DNA from: Schmidtea polychroa
Lineage: Eukaryota
Direction: 5' to 3'
Assembly: GCA_044892525.1 (NCBI GenBank)
Contig: CM097888.1
Location: 14,322,001-14,386,000 of the forward strand
DNA length: 64,000 bases
Shown: positions 33,333-44,326 of the stretch, piece by piece
Position numbering within the stretch: position 1 is the stretch's first letter
How the letters are laid out: the number at the start of each line of letters is the position of its first letter
Notes under the pieces: generated by a model
The model's input: the letters and a program-made list of their open reading frames with translations, nothing else
Told to the model about the DNA's origin: nothing
Database searches by the model: none
Translations under genes and position numbers: made by a program

Positions 33333-34022
33333 ATGAAAATAGAAGAAATATCCACCATGACCGAGCTAGAGGAGGGAGAAATTGAAGTTGATGAAGTGGA
33401 GAGGAAGAAAACTATCAAGGAAGAATTACAAGAAGAGAGACAGGAAAACGAAAGATTAGTAGAAAAGTGGAGGGATAATCGAAAAATGATTAAAGTATTG
33501 AAAAGAGAATACACCTTGCTAGAAGAAGTAAAGAAAGAAGTGGAGGAAGAAAATGAATGGCTTCACGAGCAAGGAAAGCGAGGGAGAAATTGGGAAAAGA
33601 TCGCGGAAGAATTATGGCAGGAGAGGGCCAGTCGAAAGGCCGACGAAGTGATTAGTGACTATTGGAAAACCGAGGCACGGAAACACCAAGAAAGCCTGAA
33701 AGAGTTACAACTCCAACTACACCAAAAACAGAAAGAATGTGAGATAATGAGACGAATGAACAACAAATACCAGGAAATAGACAACGAAGAAGACGGGGAA
33801 AGGGAAAATGATTTTCTACAGATAATGAACCATAAAAACCTCGAAAGAGCAACACAAGAAATAAAAGCACTAAAAGAAAAAATAATAACCCTAGAGCAAC
33901 AGTTAGACGAAAGAGACAAACAGTTAAAAGTACTACCCGAATTGAGAAAACGAGTAATAAAAGCAGAAACGAGAGTGATGAGAACATCCGAGAAAACCCG
34001 TAAAAAGAAAACCCGGCAATAA
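33333..34022 (+). CDS. Accessory coiled-coil protein (ATG 33333 preferred; alternative ATG 33279)
   Basis: E/K-rich heptads with a basic C-terminus. ATG 33333 follows TTGTAG. Confidence 0.7.
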   Translation: MKIEEISTMTELEEGEIEVDEVERKKTIKEELQEERQENERLVEKWRDNRKMIKVLKREYTLLEEVKKEVEEENEWLHEQGKRGRNWEKIAEELWQERASRKADEVISDYWKTEARKHQESLKELQLQLHQKQKECEIMRRMNNKYQEIDNEEDGERENDFLQIMNHKNLERATQEIKALKEKIITLEQQLDERDKQLKVLPELRKRVIKAETRVMRTSEKTRKKKTRQ

Positions 34023-34078
34023 TTAAAGATGAATGATCAATGTAAATAATTGTAAATAAAAAATTTTCGTATAGTAGT

Positions 34079-34714
34079 ATGTGGTTCGGAGCAACCCTGG
34101 TGACAATAATGATGATAGCGATAAACGGAATACCCATGTGGCAGCCAATCCCAACACTCTGGGAGAATCCCGAGAAACAGCAAAACCCGTTAACCAAACT
34201 GAAAAGCGAAAGAAAGCTCTCCAACAACATCCCGAAACAATGCTGGAACAAAGCCGTCTGGCAAAAACTTCAAATGCAACTCCACCTACAAACCCAAAAA
34301 ATCGAACAGCTCGAAATTCTCTTACAAGAACAAACCACCCAACAATCCTTGAAGGAAATCATCGTGAAGAAGGAAGTAAAAGAAAGTCAAGTCCTACTCT
34401 ATGCTACCATCAGTGAAACCCTTATCATCTGCGCACTAGTCATCTGGAAAGCGCATGATATTCATCGAACATGGAGAAGAAACCAGTCACTATCCGAGAA
34501 ACACGAAAGAAAGAACCCACGACCGAAAAATAAACATAAACGAGCAGTACATTTTCAACAACCAAGCCCACCCGACCAAATGCAACAAAATCTATCCCCT
34601 GACCAAATGCCTGTTACAATCCAGCTCCCCACGATAGCAACTTCAACCAGCCATCCGACCCAGAATTCAACCAACCAAGACAGTAATAACATTCCGAACC
34701 TCGAGATCATGTGA
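34079..34714 (+). CDS. Putative type-I membrane protein (signal, coiled coil, TM, Pro/Gln/Thr tail), 211 aa
   Basis: Hydrophobic N-terminus MWFGATLVTIMMIAING, TM VLLYATISETLIICALVIW, and a tail containing PTQNS. Confidence 0.65.
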   Translation: MWFGATLVTIMMIAINGIPMWQPIPTLWENPEKQQNPLTKLKSERKLSNNIPKQCWNKAVWQKLQMQLHLQTQKIEQLEILLQEQTTQQSLKEIIVKKEVKESQVLLYATISETLIICALVIWKAHDIHRTWRRNQSLSEKHERKNPRPKNKHKRAVHFQQPSPPDQMQQNLSPDQMPVTIQLPTIATSTSHPTQNSTNQDSNNIPNLEIM

Positions 34715-34945
34715 CATCGACCATTCATAAACTTTGTGTGTATAAATCCGGTCACCTAAAGTGGCCACTGCTTGCTTATTTTTGTCCTTTTATCTGTTTA
34801 ATTAAAGTATTATTTAGTTATTTTAATTTTATGTTTGTGTGGATTTTGATTGTGAGATTAGTTGTTATACTGAAAGAAGGTACGATTCGAATGTACGATA
34901 TTATGTGAATTGCGGGACGCAATTTTAACGGGCCCCGGAGTGATT

Positions 34946-37900
34946 TGTTGGGCCAAGCTCCGAAGGTGTTGAAAAAACGAACCGAGGAAGGGATAGAGTA
35001 AAATAAAATAAAAACATATAAAAAATACGAGAAACATAGGAGGAAACAAATTAAATATCCAACAAAGAAATTAGAAAAACTAAATAAAATAACAAAACCT
35101 CTAAAGGAAAAATAAGACAAGAGGGAAGGCACCTAATAAACGACAGTAAAAGAAAAAAAAAATAAAATAGCAGAAAATCTAAGAAAAATGAAGAAAAACA
35201 AAATAAAAAATCATCCATAAGGCTAATTAAAACAAAAAATGAAGTTACAATAAAATAACAACAAAACCACAGGAAAAACAGATAAAATAATAAAAAATAG
35301 GAAAATAAATAAAATAATAATAAAAATAGGAAAAAGTCATTAAAATACACCTGATTACATTAAAAAACATAAAAATTATAATAAACAATAATATTACATG
35401 CAAGTCGCGTCCTGATTGGACGAAAAGTAATATATAAAGAGCGACAAAAATCTGTAGAGTATCATTCTAACCCGAAACTCTACAGGTAAAATTTTATCCT
35501 TTATATAATCATTCTAACCCGAAACTCTACAGGAAAACTAGGAGCAACTCACAAGCACAGATTATTGAACCATATTCATACATCGGATAACATATACATT
35601 TACCGGAGATCGAATTCAGTTAAGCCGAACGAGTCTATCTAAAGAAAACTTATATTACTTTGATCTAACACCTTCGGAGATTTTTGGTAAATTATGTTTT
35701 TAGATTTTAGTATGATGATTTAAATATTTATTATGAATTTAACAAGACGTTTATAATCCAATAAATTTCATATTTTAAACGAAGGTGTTGCTTTCTCTCT
35801 ATGATGCTGGCGACGACGTCCTCTGGAGTCCGGGTATGATGCAGTTGGATTTTTCGAACGTCCTACGGAGAGGACATTTACGAATATGAACTCAGGAAAT
35901 TGAAGTGATAGAACCAGCCCAAGATCCATATGAATTTAGAAACTAAAGTGATTACTTAATGAATAAGAGATTTATATTAACTAGAGTCATCATGCCCGGA
36001 ATCCAAATGTCGTGGTCGCCAGGTGAACATTTATTTAATTGATTTCCTCATAATTCCATTATTTCTATATTGTTTTATTGAATAATTAAATTGTATTATT
36101 GCACATTTATTGAGAATGGAGTTGCGATGAGACGGGTCGAGTCGTCCTTCACACCGGTCCAAGAGCAGTGGGCAGAGATGCGTACTGCCTTGGGTGGGTT
36201 GTGAGGAGCGAGGAAACCATGTGAGATTTAACAAATCAAGTAATTGATTCTTTCATCGAGTGTAATCCACCCATCTTAGTCGTCGAAAACCATCCAATGC
36301 AGAAACTTCTGAGTGACATAGTTTGAATCAACGATACCTTGGGAACTCCAGGAGATATACCATTAAAACTATCATCAGCATTGTGTCCAATCACGTAATT
36401 AAATAATCTTTGATTTTGAGCCATATTCGTCTTGCATTGAGAAAAGTGACTGTTAGAATGTCTGCCGGAAGGAGTTATTAATTTCGAGTTTTTACGAGAG
36501 ATTCTCTGTACTAAGCCCATTTCGTATCTTACAATCTGAAGGTGCTTTGGAAGCTACACCGCCGGGAGGTTAGCGAATAGATCCATCGTCTTGCTTATCG
36601 TCGACTCCGAGGAGACTTAATGATCGACCAACGTCTAGCCGCTGTCATTGATAATAGCTCGATTTAGACATGAACGTAAACATCTCTGGATAGTAGATTA
36701 AGACACTGACTGTGAGTCCGAAAGAAACGGTCGCCAGCAACATCGAGTGAGCGTAGTAGACCGCCGGGAAATCGATTGATAAGATATCTGAAGCCTCAAT
36801 TCTGAGCGAACGAGTTGACAGTCTTTATCTCAAAACCAATTAGTAGAGAAAAATCTAAATATAAAATCAATCTTATCTAGTAGATTCGCAATTAACCCAC
36901 ACAATTAGATTCATGTGATTTCTGTGACACTCTCTCAGACTCCAACCTATCTAGAAAATCAGCCAGCGATATCATGTCTAGTGTGCAGATAGTGGATAGA
37001 TTTACATCATAATTACATAATGGTAGCAGGGGAGATGGCTAGGCTACATGTACAATCCGATAGCGAGATTACGTCACATTGAATGGTAGAATTGCTGCCC
37101 AGTCCAAGAACACACATCGATGATAAATTGTACAATGCATGCATATGAACCGACCTGACGACATCTGTTAGCATACATAAAAAGAAAAACTAACACACCA
37201 CTACTCACAAACAAGCGTCGTTATGACGACATTTATGTCGCAAGATTTAAGGTGATCAAATAGCAAATTATGATAAGACTTAAATTGAATTTTGCGGTTC
37301 TTTTGTGAAGCCGATCACGACGTTTAAAACCCAATAGTCACCAGTCATACCGAACTAGGTTTTTGCGACACAACTCGCGCGTAATTTCAGGAATATAGTA
37401 GCGCGGGGAGTGGGGATGCTATTGCTAGGGAAGGATAATTATAATAAATTCGACTGTGATAAATTAATAAAAGCACATTAAATAAAAATGGCCAATTTCA
37501 GAAAGATAAACATAAAGTCAAAGTTATGATAAATGTATTATTTCGAGTAATTCCGTTTTCTTTTTTCTCTATCAGTATGGATGCTTGCGGACAAATGAGT
37601 GTAAATGTTGACCAGTGATAAGGGTAAGTGGGTCATTGTCGAGTAGGATGATTGGAAATAGGGTAAAAATTGTAGTCAAAATTTGGAAACGACACGCCAA
37701 CGATTTTTTTTAACTCTACAATTAACAAAACGTCTTGATCTTTAGATGCCTGCTTCAACCGCTTCGAACAAGGATCTTCGTCCATGCTTCTCCTGCGCAG
37801 ATAAAAACGCAGTCATAGCCCAACTCCACTTATATATCGGGGCACTGAAAAAGAGAATTGATCTCTATGAAGGCACGTGGTTCTCCCCGCCACAAATGAA

Positions 37901-39041
37901 GGAGGAGCGCAGTAAAATTCTTCGGTTGGAACATTGCCGGGACAGCCTCCTAGAGGAGAGTCGCTGTCAAAGATTGACGATCAAGGCGCAATCGGAAGCC
38001 CTCCACAAGGTCTATACGGAGGCAGAATTGGCCAAACGGGTACGAGAATTTCCCGTCTTGGAGGCCAGCAATGTTTTTCCAACTCATCACCAAAGTATTT
38101 CCACCGCTACAACCAGTTGTTTGGGGCACGGCTCCTATCTGCCGCCTGTTCCAGCACCGGCCTTATACAGTCATCAGCCGCCGGTAGGTGGTCCATCCGA
38201 CCCTATCTTGGCTCCAGTTTTAGTGACATCCGTTACAGCACCCGATGCGGACAGTCGCCAACCACAGCGTAAAAGAAAACGGCCGACCCGAGCCGCCAAA
38301 AACCAAAGACGTCGAGAGGCAATCGCGGCTCTCGAGGCGTCGTTATCTGTGGCCAAGTCTTCTCTGGAAAAGTTATCGTCGATACCCTCTATCCCCACAA
38401 AGGAGATATTCCGGGTGATCTCACCCGATGGGGTCCAGCTCGTGCGAGACCGTCGGTTACCGGTCGACATCGACGAGATGATCGCCGAAGGGGAAGTTTT
38501 CCCATAATTGGACGTGTCGATTTACCCATCTCTCATCCGACGCGATCAAGCTCAACAATCTTTATGAATGACTTAGATGATGCGTGCTTGTACTCTCCTA
38601 CGTGTTGTGATCTACAATTTGTGTTCATATGTATCCTCAATTTCATTAATATAATCATAGTATTCGTTATGTTGTCCCGTAAAAGTTATAGAGTAATGAG
38701 TGATGTCTTGATGAATGAATTGGAATGACCATTGGAGAATGTGGGTCGTCCCCTTGGACCAGGGTCGTACCCAGAATGCATGACGAGTATGGGTAAGACC
38801 TTCTTAGGCACCGGGGAACCTGAACTGAGAGTGGGTCCGTAGTAGTCCTAAGGCAGGGGCTCACCTGCAGATCAACTCCGACCCGTGTGAGCAGCACCAA
38901 CGTGGGTAGATCATCACGGGCTCACATGAGGGAATATTTGTAAATCATGCGGGTTATGTGGGGGAAGGGCCCCGAGCTAAAGGAACATGAGGCCAGCTGC
39001 ACATCGAATGTCCGTTTGACTCCTCCCATATACGCCCAACA
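34946..39041 (+). repeat. 3' LTR (4096 bp)
   Basis: Same termini as the 5' LTR. Differences noticed are one extra A in an A-run, T>C at 38465 and TA>AT at 39003-39004. Confidence 0.96.
37746..38507 (+). CDS. LTR-encoded 253-aa protein, 3' LTR copy
   Basis: Identical translation to 11534-12295. Confidence 0.7.
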   Translation: MPASTASNKDLRPCFSCADKNAVIAQLHLYIGALKKRIDLYEGTWFSPPQMKEERSKILRLEHCRDSLLEESRCQRLTIKAQSEALHKVYTEAELAKRVREFPVLEASNVFPTHHQSISTATTSCLGHGSYLPPVPAPALYSHQPPVGGPSDPILAPVLVTSVTAPDADSRQPQRKRKRPTRAAKNQRRREAIAALEASLSVAKSSLEKLSSIPSIPTKEIFRVISPDGVQLVRDRRLPVDIDEMIAEGEVFP

Positions 39042-40981
39042 TGATTTAAAAAGTTAATAAAAGTTTCAACTAATACAAATGGAAATGGTGGAATACGAAA
39101 AAAATCTCTTCGTCCTCATCGTCGCATTGACGTTATCTATAGAGTTTAAAAATCCAAATTTTTCTTAAGTTTGACATCCTTTTTCCTGCTTCTTCTTTTT
39201 TTCTTCTTTCTCCTTTCTTTTCTGGCCTCCCGACTTATGCTGATAACTCATTGCAACTTTTAGAAATAAAAAGTTTTAGTTAAAATTAAATAATATAGTA
39301 AATAAAATTCATAATAGATAAAAATTTCAAATTAATAAAACTTACCAATAAATGTGATAATCTAATTCCCAAAACGTAAATTATAAAAAGCTTTAGAGTA
39401 AACGTTTGAATTCATGCAAACATTTTCTAGATTTCTGTTTCCAGAATTTTCAAAAAAACCTAGTTGGTAGGTCAAGAAAAATACAAGGGTTCGCATCATT
39501 AAAAAGTGTAAAAATTATAAAGCCATTAACTTTGTTTTATTGAAAACCGTTTTCAGAAATGGCAACTTGTAAATATCTGGTAAGATATTTTAGTAAAACT
39601 TAAAAGATGAAAATAAACATGAGTTTAAAAACTTGTAAAAAGTAGTTATCTGAAATTGAAATTTTAAAGCCAAATATAATTATATCGCGGGCCCCAATGA
39701 TTTGCATCACCTGCATCGCCCTCTTATCAGTGATGATTATTTCTTTCAATGTCCTTTACAATAAAATCTTTATTCAAATTAGTTTTATGTCTAAACTAAG
39801 AAGTTGATACTCACGCATTATCCCAAGAAAGAATTATGTTCTTCGGGTAGGAGAGGACGAACAAATATATTAATTTAAAAACGTACTGTTTATACAAAGC
39901 TAAGTTTATTAATTAAATATTTACATACATATATATCAGCCAGGCTAAATTGTTACTGGAAAATAAGATTTTGTTGAATCAGCAGCATTTAAAAATTAGT
40001 CGTCCACGTACCTGACACGTGTTCGGCCCCTCCCAGGACCGGCGCTGATCAAATCTAAGAACTCCCAACAATATATATTTTTATTGATACCCCAATTTAT
40101 AATCAAAATATGACACTGATCTTCAAACTTTATAGATAACTTGTTAATAATTACAGTTTTATAACGTACATCTCAAAACGACACAACTGATATGAAATGC
40201 AATGGTAAAACAATTCTGCCTGAAGAAATGATTTCCTTTTTTTCGTTATCACTTAACCAACTAATCAAATAAAGTTTTTAAAATTTTTTTGTAAATTATT
40301 TGTGTCCCAAATTTCTCTTTCACGTTCATTTTTATACTTCCCAGCCATCAATCTAATAATAATTTTCCTTATGCCACAAATGCTTCAGGAAACAATTAGG
40401 ATTTACAAATTTATTTTTTTGAACTCATTTTTAAAACCAATTTGTTAAGTACGTTTTTAATTAATTAATTTCGACCTTTTTCAACTGATCAAAAAGATTC
40501 TCGAATTAAAAGTCCTATGTATTTTTGTTACAGTAAAGTAGTACTTTATCTCAAGACAATATTTTAGAATCAAATAACTACTTTGTATGAAATAATTTTT
40601 TATTAATAACTTTGTATTGTGCATTGCCTAATCCATCGATGACATAAAACAAACTCAAGGAATTATTTACTATGTTAAGTCGTTAAATTTCAAAAATGAA
40701 ATTTCAAGCTTTTATTTTCAGACTCCAATATATATAGTTAAAAATTTAGTAATAAAATTCTTTTAATAGTTTTCATTATGTATTTTTGATGAAATATGTT
40801 TTATTTCATAAAAAACTGTAACAAAATTAATATAAGCATCAAAAAGTTGAAAATTTAATATTTTGTTTATTTTTCCATTTATATTTTATCAACATTGGAT
40901 ATTTAAATAATTAAATGTCTGATTTTGAAGCATCTAATTTAATTTTTTTCTGTAAATAAAGCTATTGATGAATTTTTAGGA

Positions 40982-41777
40982 ATGGCAGTTGCTGCTCAAG
41001 CTGCGTTATTAGATGAATTAATGGGAAAGGGAAGGAACGTAGCAATAGGAAATTTATCATTACCACACTGGTCCGATGAAGAAATTTGCAAACATTTTTT
41101 AGCAGGATTATGTCCACATGATTTATTTACAAATACTAAAGATGATTTGGGATTATGTGATAAAGTTCATGATCAATCGATGTTAGAAAATTATAAAAAA
41201 AGTGGGAGATATGGAAAAATGAAATATGAAGGGAAATTATGCTCCTACCTTAAGGATTTAATTACGACAGTTGAAAATCGTATAAAACGTGGTCAGAATC
41301 GTTTGAAAAAAAATGGAAGTTTAGTTCATTCTAATTATAATTCAGAAAGAGAAGAAAAATTAGAAGAATTAAATGACAACATTAATGAAACTTTAGTAAA
41401 TGTAGAAAAATTAGGCATTGAAGGAAAAGTTCAAGAAAGCCAAGTGCTATTAGAATTGGCAGAAAGTATAAAAACTGAAAAAAGTAGATTAGAAAAAGAA
41501 ATTGAAATGTATAATTTACAGGTAATTTTATTATTTTTTTATAATTAATAAAGTTGAATTATAGGCAAAAGAATTGGAAGTTTGTTTAACATGCGGAGCT
41601 TTCCAAGTTAAAGGTGACGCTCAACAGAGAATCGAAGAGCATCTTCAAGGTAAAATGCACATTGGATACGCGTTAATTCGACAGTATTTATCTGAATTTG
41701 CTCTTAATTCTGTAAAATCGAAATCAGTCGAACAGGAACTTGACAAAATTCAAAGGTTGACAATTAATAATAATTAA
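40982..41777 (+). CDS. LUC7L3: LUC7-like U1 snRNP-associated splicing factor (LUC7L3/CROP-like); exons 40982-41521 and 41565-41777
   Basis: LLDELMG, CKHFLAGLCPHDLFTNTKDDLGLCDKVHD and LEVCLTCGAF...GDAQQRIEEHLQGKMHIGY. A 43-nt GT-AG intron at 41522-41564 keeps the frame. Confidence 0.88.
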
Positions 41778-43761
41778 AATTAATTTATTTAATATAAATA
41801 ATATTAGAAATAAAAAAGAATGGGAATATATTTTTTTGTTGATAAAACAGTTCTTCTTATAGTAGATTATGTCTTACTTGTGTATGGTCAGTTTGCGCAT
41901 TCCTTAATATTGGCATATTTATAAGGAATTATGGATTCTTATACTGATGACGCACTTGTAAAATATAGCATCATCACGCTCGGTAGTAACATGAATAGCG
42001 TCCCAGATAATTAACTCTGGAAACTATACGATGAACAGTTGATGAGTTCTATTTCCCTCCCCTATGTAAGATCACTATTTGAAACCTTAAAGTTAGTGAA
42101 TGTTCTTGTTTTCGACCCATGAGCAGCAAAGTATAAGTAATAATGACAAACATAATAATTTCCATATTTAAATTATATTTCATCACAAACATTTGATAAA
42201 TATCTACTAAGAGTATTGTAATAAATTATTTGTTTTCATCAAAAATACGTAGTGCTGCTCAACTTTTATTCGTTACTGCATTTATAAAATATTGATCCCG
42301 ATTAGTTACATGATTCATCCCATAAAATAAATTAAATCTTTAAATAGTCGAGTTTGCATAGTCACAAACAAATCGTTTTGTAACATTGATTGACATTCGG
42401 TTCGACTAGTGAATTTATAAAACCTATAGAAAAAACCAAAATAAGCCTCATTATACACTCGTTTGCAATGAACAAACGCATCTATAATGTAAAAAAATCA
42501 TTACGTGTATATTATATAAACATACAAACTTACCTGTGTGTTGATTTTTAGTGTTGCAATGAATAAACGAATTTAATACACCAACCAGCAATTGATTATC
42601 ATCAAATGGCCATTGATTTGCAAATTTAATAATATAAATATTAACTCACCTATAATAAATGTGTGTGTGTGTGTCATAGCCAGAAGGGACATTGAATTAG
42701 CTAGGTGGCATTAAATTGGCTATTACACTATAGAAAGATAGACAAAATCGCTGTTGGAAGAAAAATAAATAAATACATACAAACACGGTTCACAAAATTT
42801 CTATAATAAAAAATACACACTATAGGACATTGATTTATCATGCGGACATTCAATTGGCTAAAAATTTTCAATTTAAAATTAATTAATTATAAAAAAATAT
42901 ATGAGAATATGTCAGAAACTTCATCAGAATCGACTATTGCATTTCAAGAAATTCATAGATGAATGCTCTTCAATACATGGACGGACAAGAGCTTCGGTAG
43001 ATCACGAGTAGGCAATAGAATTTATAACAATATACCAACAAATCCATTTACAATAATATATCTTCATTGGCTATTCAAATAGAAAAGTTGCCATATAATC
43101 CATTTTTGAACCCCATCGAAAGCGTTAAGCAAAATTAAAAATGGGGTAAGGACTAAAGTTTCTTCGGCTGATGGATTTACCAGTCAGATTTAGTTTCAAT
43201 GAATGATTTACTGCAATATCCCAAGCAGTTAACGAGGAACTTCGAAAACCAGATCGTAATAATTTCAAAAATCATATTAATAATCATATTAAAGATTCTT
43301 CCCTAAATACTGGATATTTTAGGTGAACTATGAAATATTTAATGTATATTATAATAAATAAATAAATATCTTACTTCTTTATTCATTATTTTAACAAAAA
43401 AACTTAAAATTAACTAAAATCCAAAACAAAGCCTATTTGACATAGCTAAATGAATGTCTCATTTATGATAATCAAATGCGCTTTGGTGTATAGAAAGTGG
43501 TAGAAAAAATAGAATGTCACACACAAACACAATACAGTAAAAAATGCATGCAAAATTTCGATATTTAGAATCGTTGTAATGAATAAACGCACTATAATAA
43601 ATCATTTTACAGACTATTTTAGAAATTTTTAGAAAAAAATAACCGAAAAAATTTTGACGAAACTTCCGAAAACTCAACTTTAAGTCGTATAGATAATAAA
43701 GACATTATTTCGTAAGATTTATCTTCAATTTTTAATAAATTTAATTTTAGTTTTTTTAATA

Positions 43762-43970
43762 GAACATGACAAAATTCGACTAATTAATGCTATTGAAAAT
43801 GTTGAAAATTACCAAGAATTCGGAGGGTTACTTGGGATCACCAAACAATCGATTGGAACAGTAATTTACAGATATAAAAATATGGAGAAATTTGAAAACA
43901 GAAGAGATAGGAGAAAGCTAATTATTTCAGAAGAGCATGGAAATAATTTGTTAGATTTCGTAGAATCCAA
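43762..43970 (+). pseudogene. Tc1/IS630-like transposase N-terminal HTH relic
   Basis: EHDKIRLINAIENVENYQEFGGLLGITKQSIGTVIYRY followed by a frameshift. Confidence 0.45.
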
Positions 43971-43987
43971 TTTTTATTTATTTATAG

Positions 43988-44326
43988 CAGTGGTTCTCAA
44001 TTAATATAAAAGCGCAGAACTCCACATGATTTTTTTTACGCGGAACACTGACAAAAATACTTGCCCACAATGAGTGACCAATCACAAATTACTATAAATC
44101 TTTCGTAAACGTAAACAATGCCTTCTTATAAGCAAAGAAAATACCACTCGCAACAATAACAAGCAATAAAAACTTATATTTGAATGTTTATATATCTGTG
44201 TAACGGCTTTCTTATTGAATCATCTTATAGAAAAAATTAATTGAGGTTTTTGATGATTTGTATCTTAAATGCAAATTTAAAGATAAAATGTCATTTTTTT
44301 CGCGGAACAAGGGTTGAGAACTACTG
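43988..44326. mobile_element. hAT (Charlie-like) MITE
   Basis: TIR CAGTGGTTCTCAA / TTGAGAACTACTG matches 12/13, with a perfect 8-bp TSD ATTTATAG at 43980-43987 and 44327-44334. Confidence 0.9.

Larger units (their letters stand above)
8735..39041 (+). mobile_element. Giant (30,307 bp) Ty3/Gypsy LTR retrotransposon / endogenous-retrovirus-like element with env and host-derived cargo
   Basis: Two ~4.1-kb direct repeats with TGTTGGG...CCCAACA ends, a PBS, and PR-RT-RH-IN in Gypsy order within an intact polyprotein. Putative 4-bp TSD TTAT/TGAT has one mismatch. Confidence 0.97.

Noticed and set aside
16534-34755. Dozens of minus-strand and alternate-frame ORFs over the element (for example 28797-29765, 322 aa)
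   Set aside because: They are shadows of the A-rich coding strand, giving Phe/Leu/Ser-rich translations with no motifs. Many start at non-ATG codons.
42942-43025. Possible small ncRNA repeated at 8208 and 42942
   Set aside because: It translates as a Tc1/IS630 FIDES-type transposase motif, so it is better explained as transposon debris.
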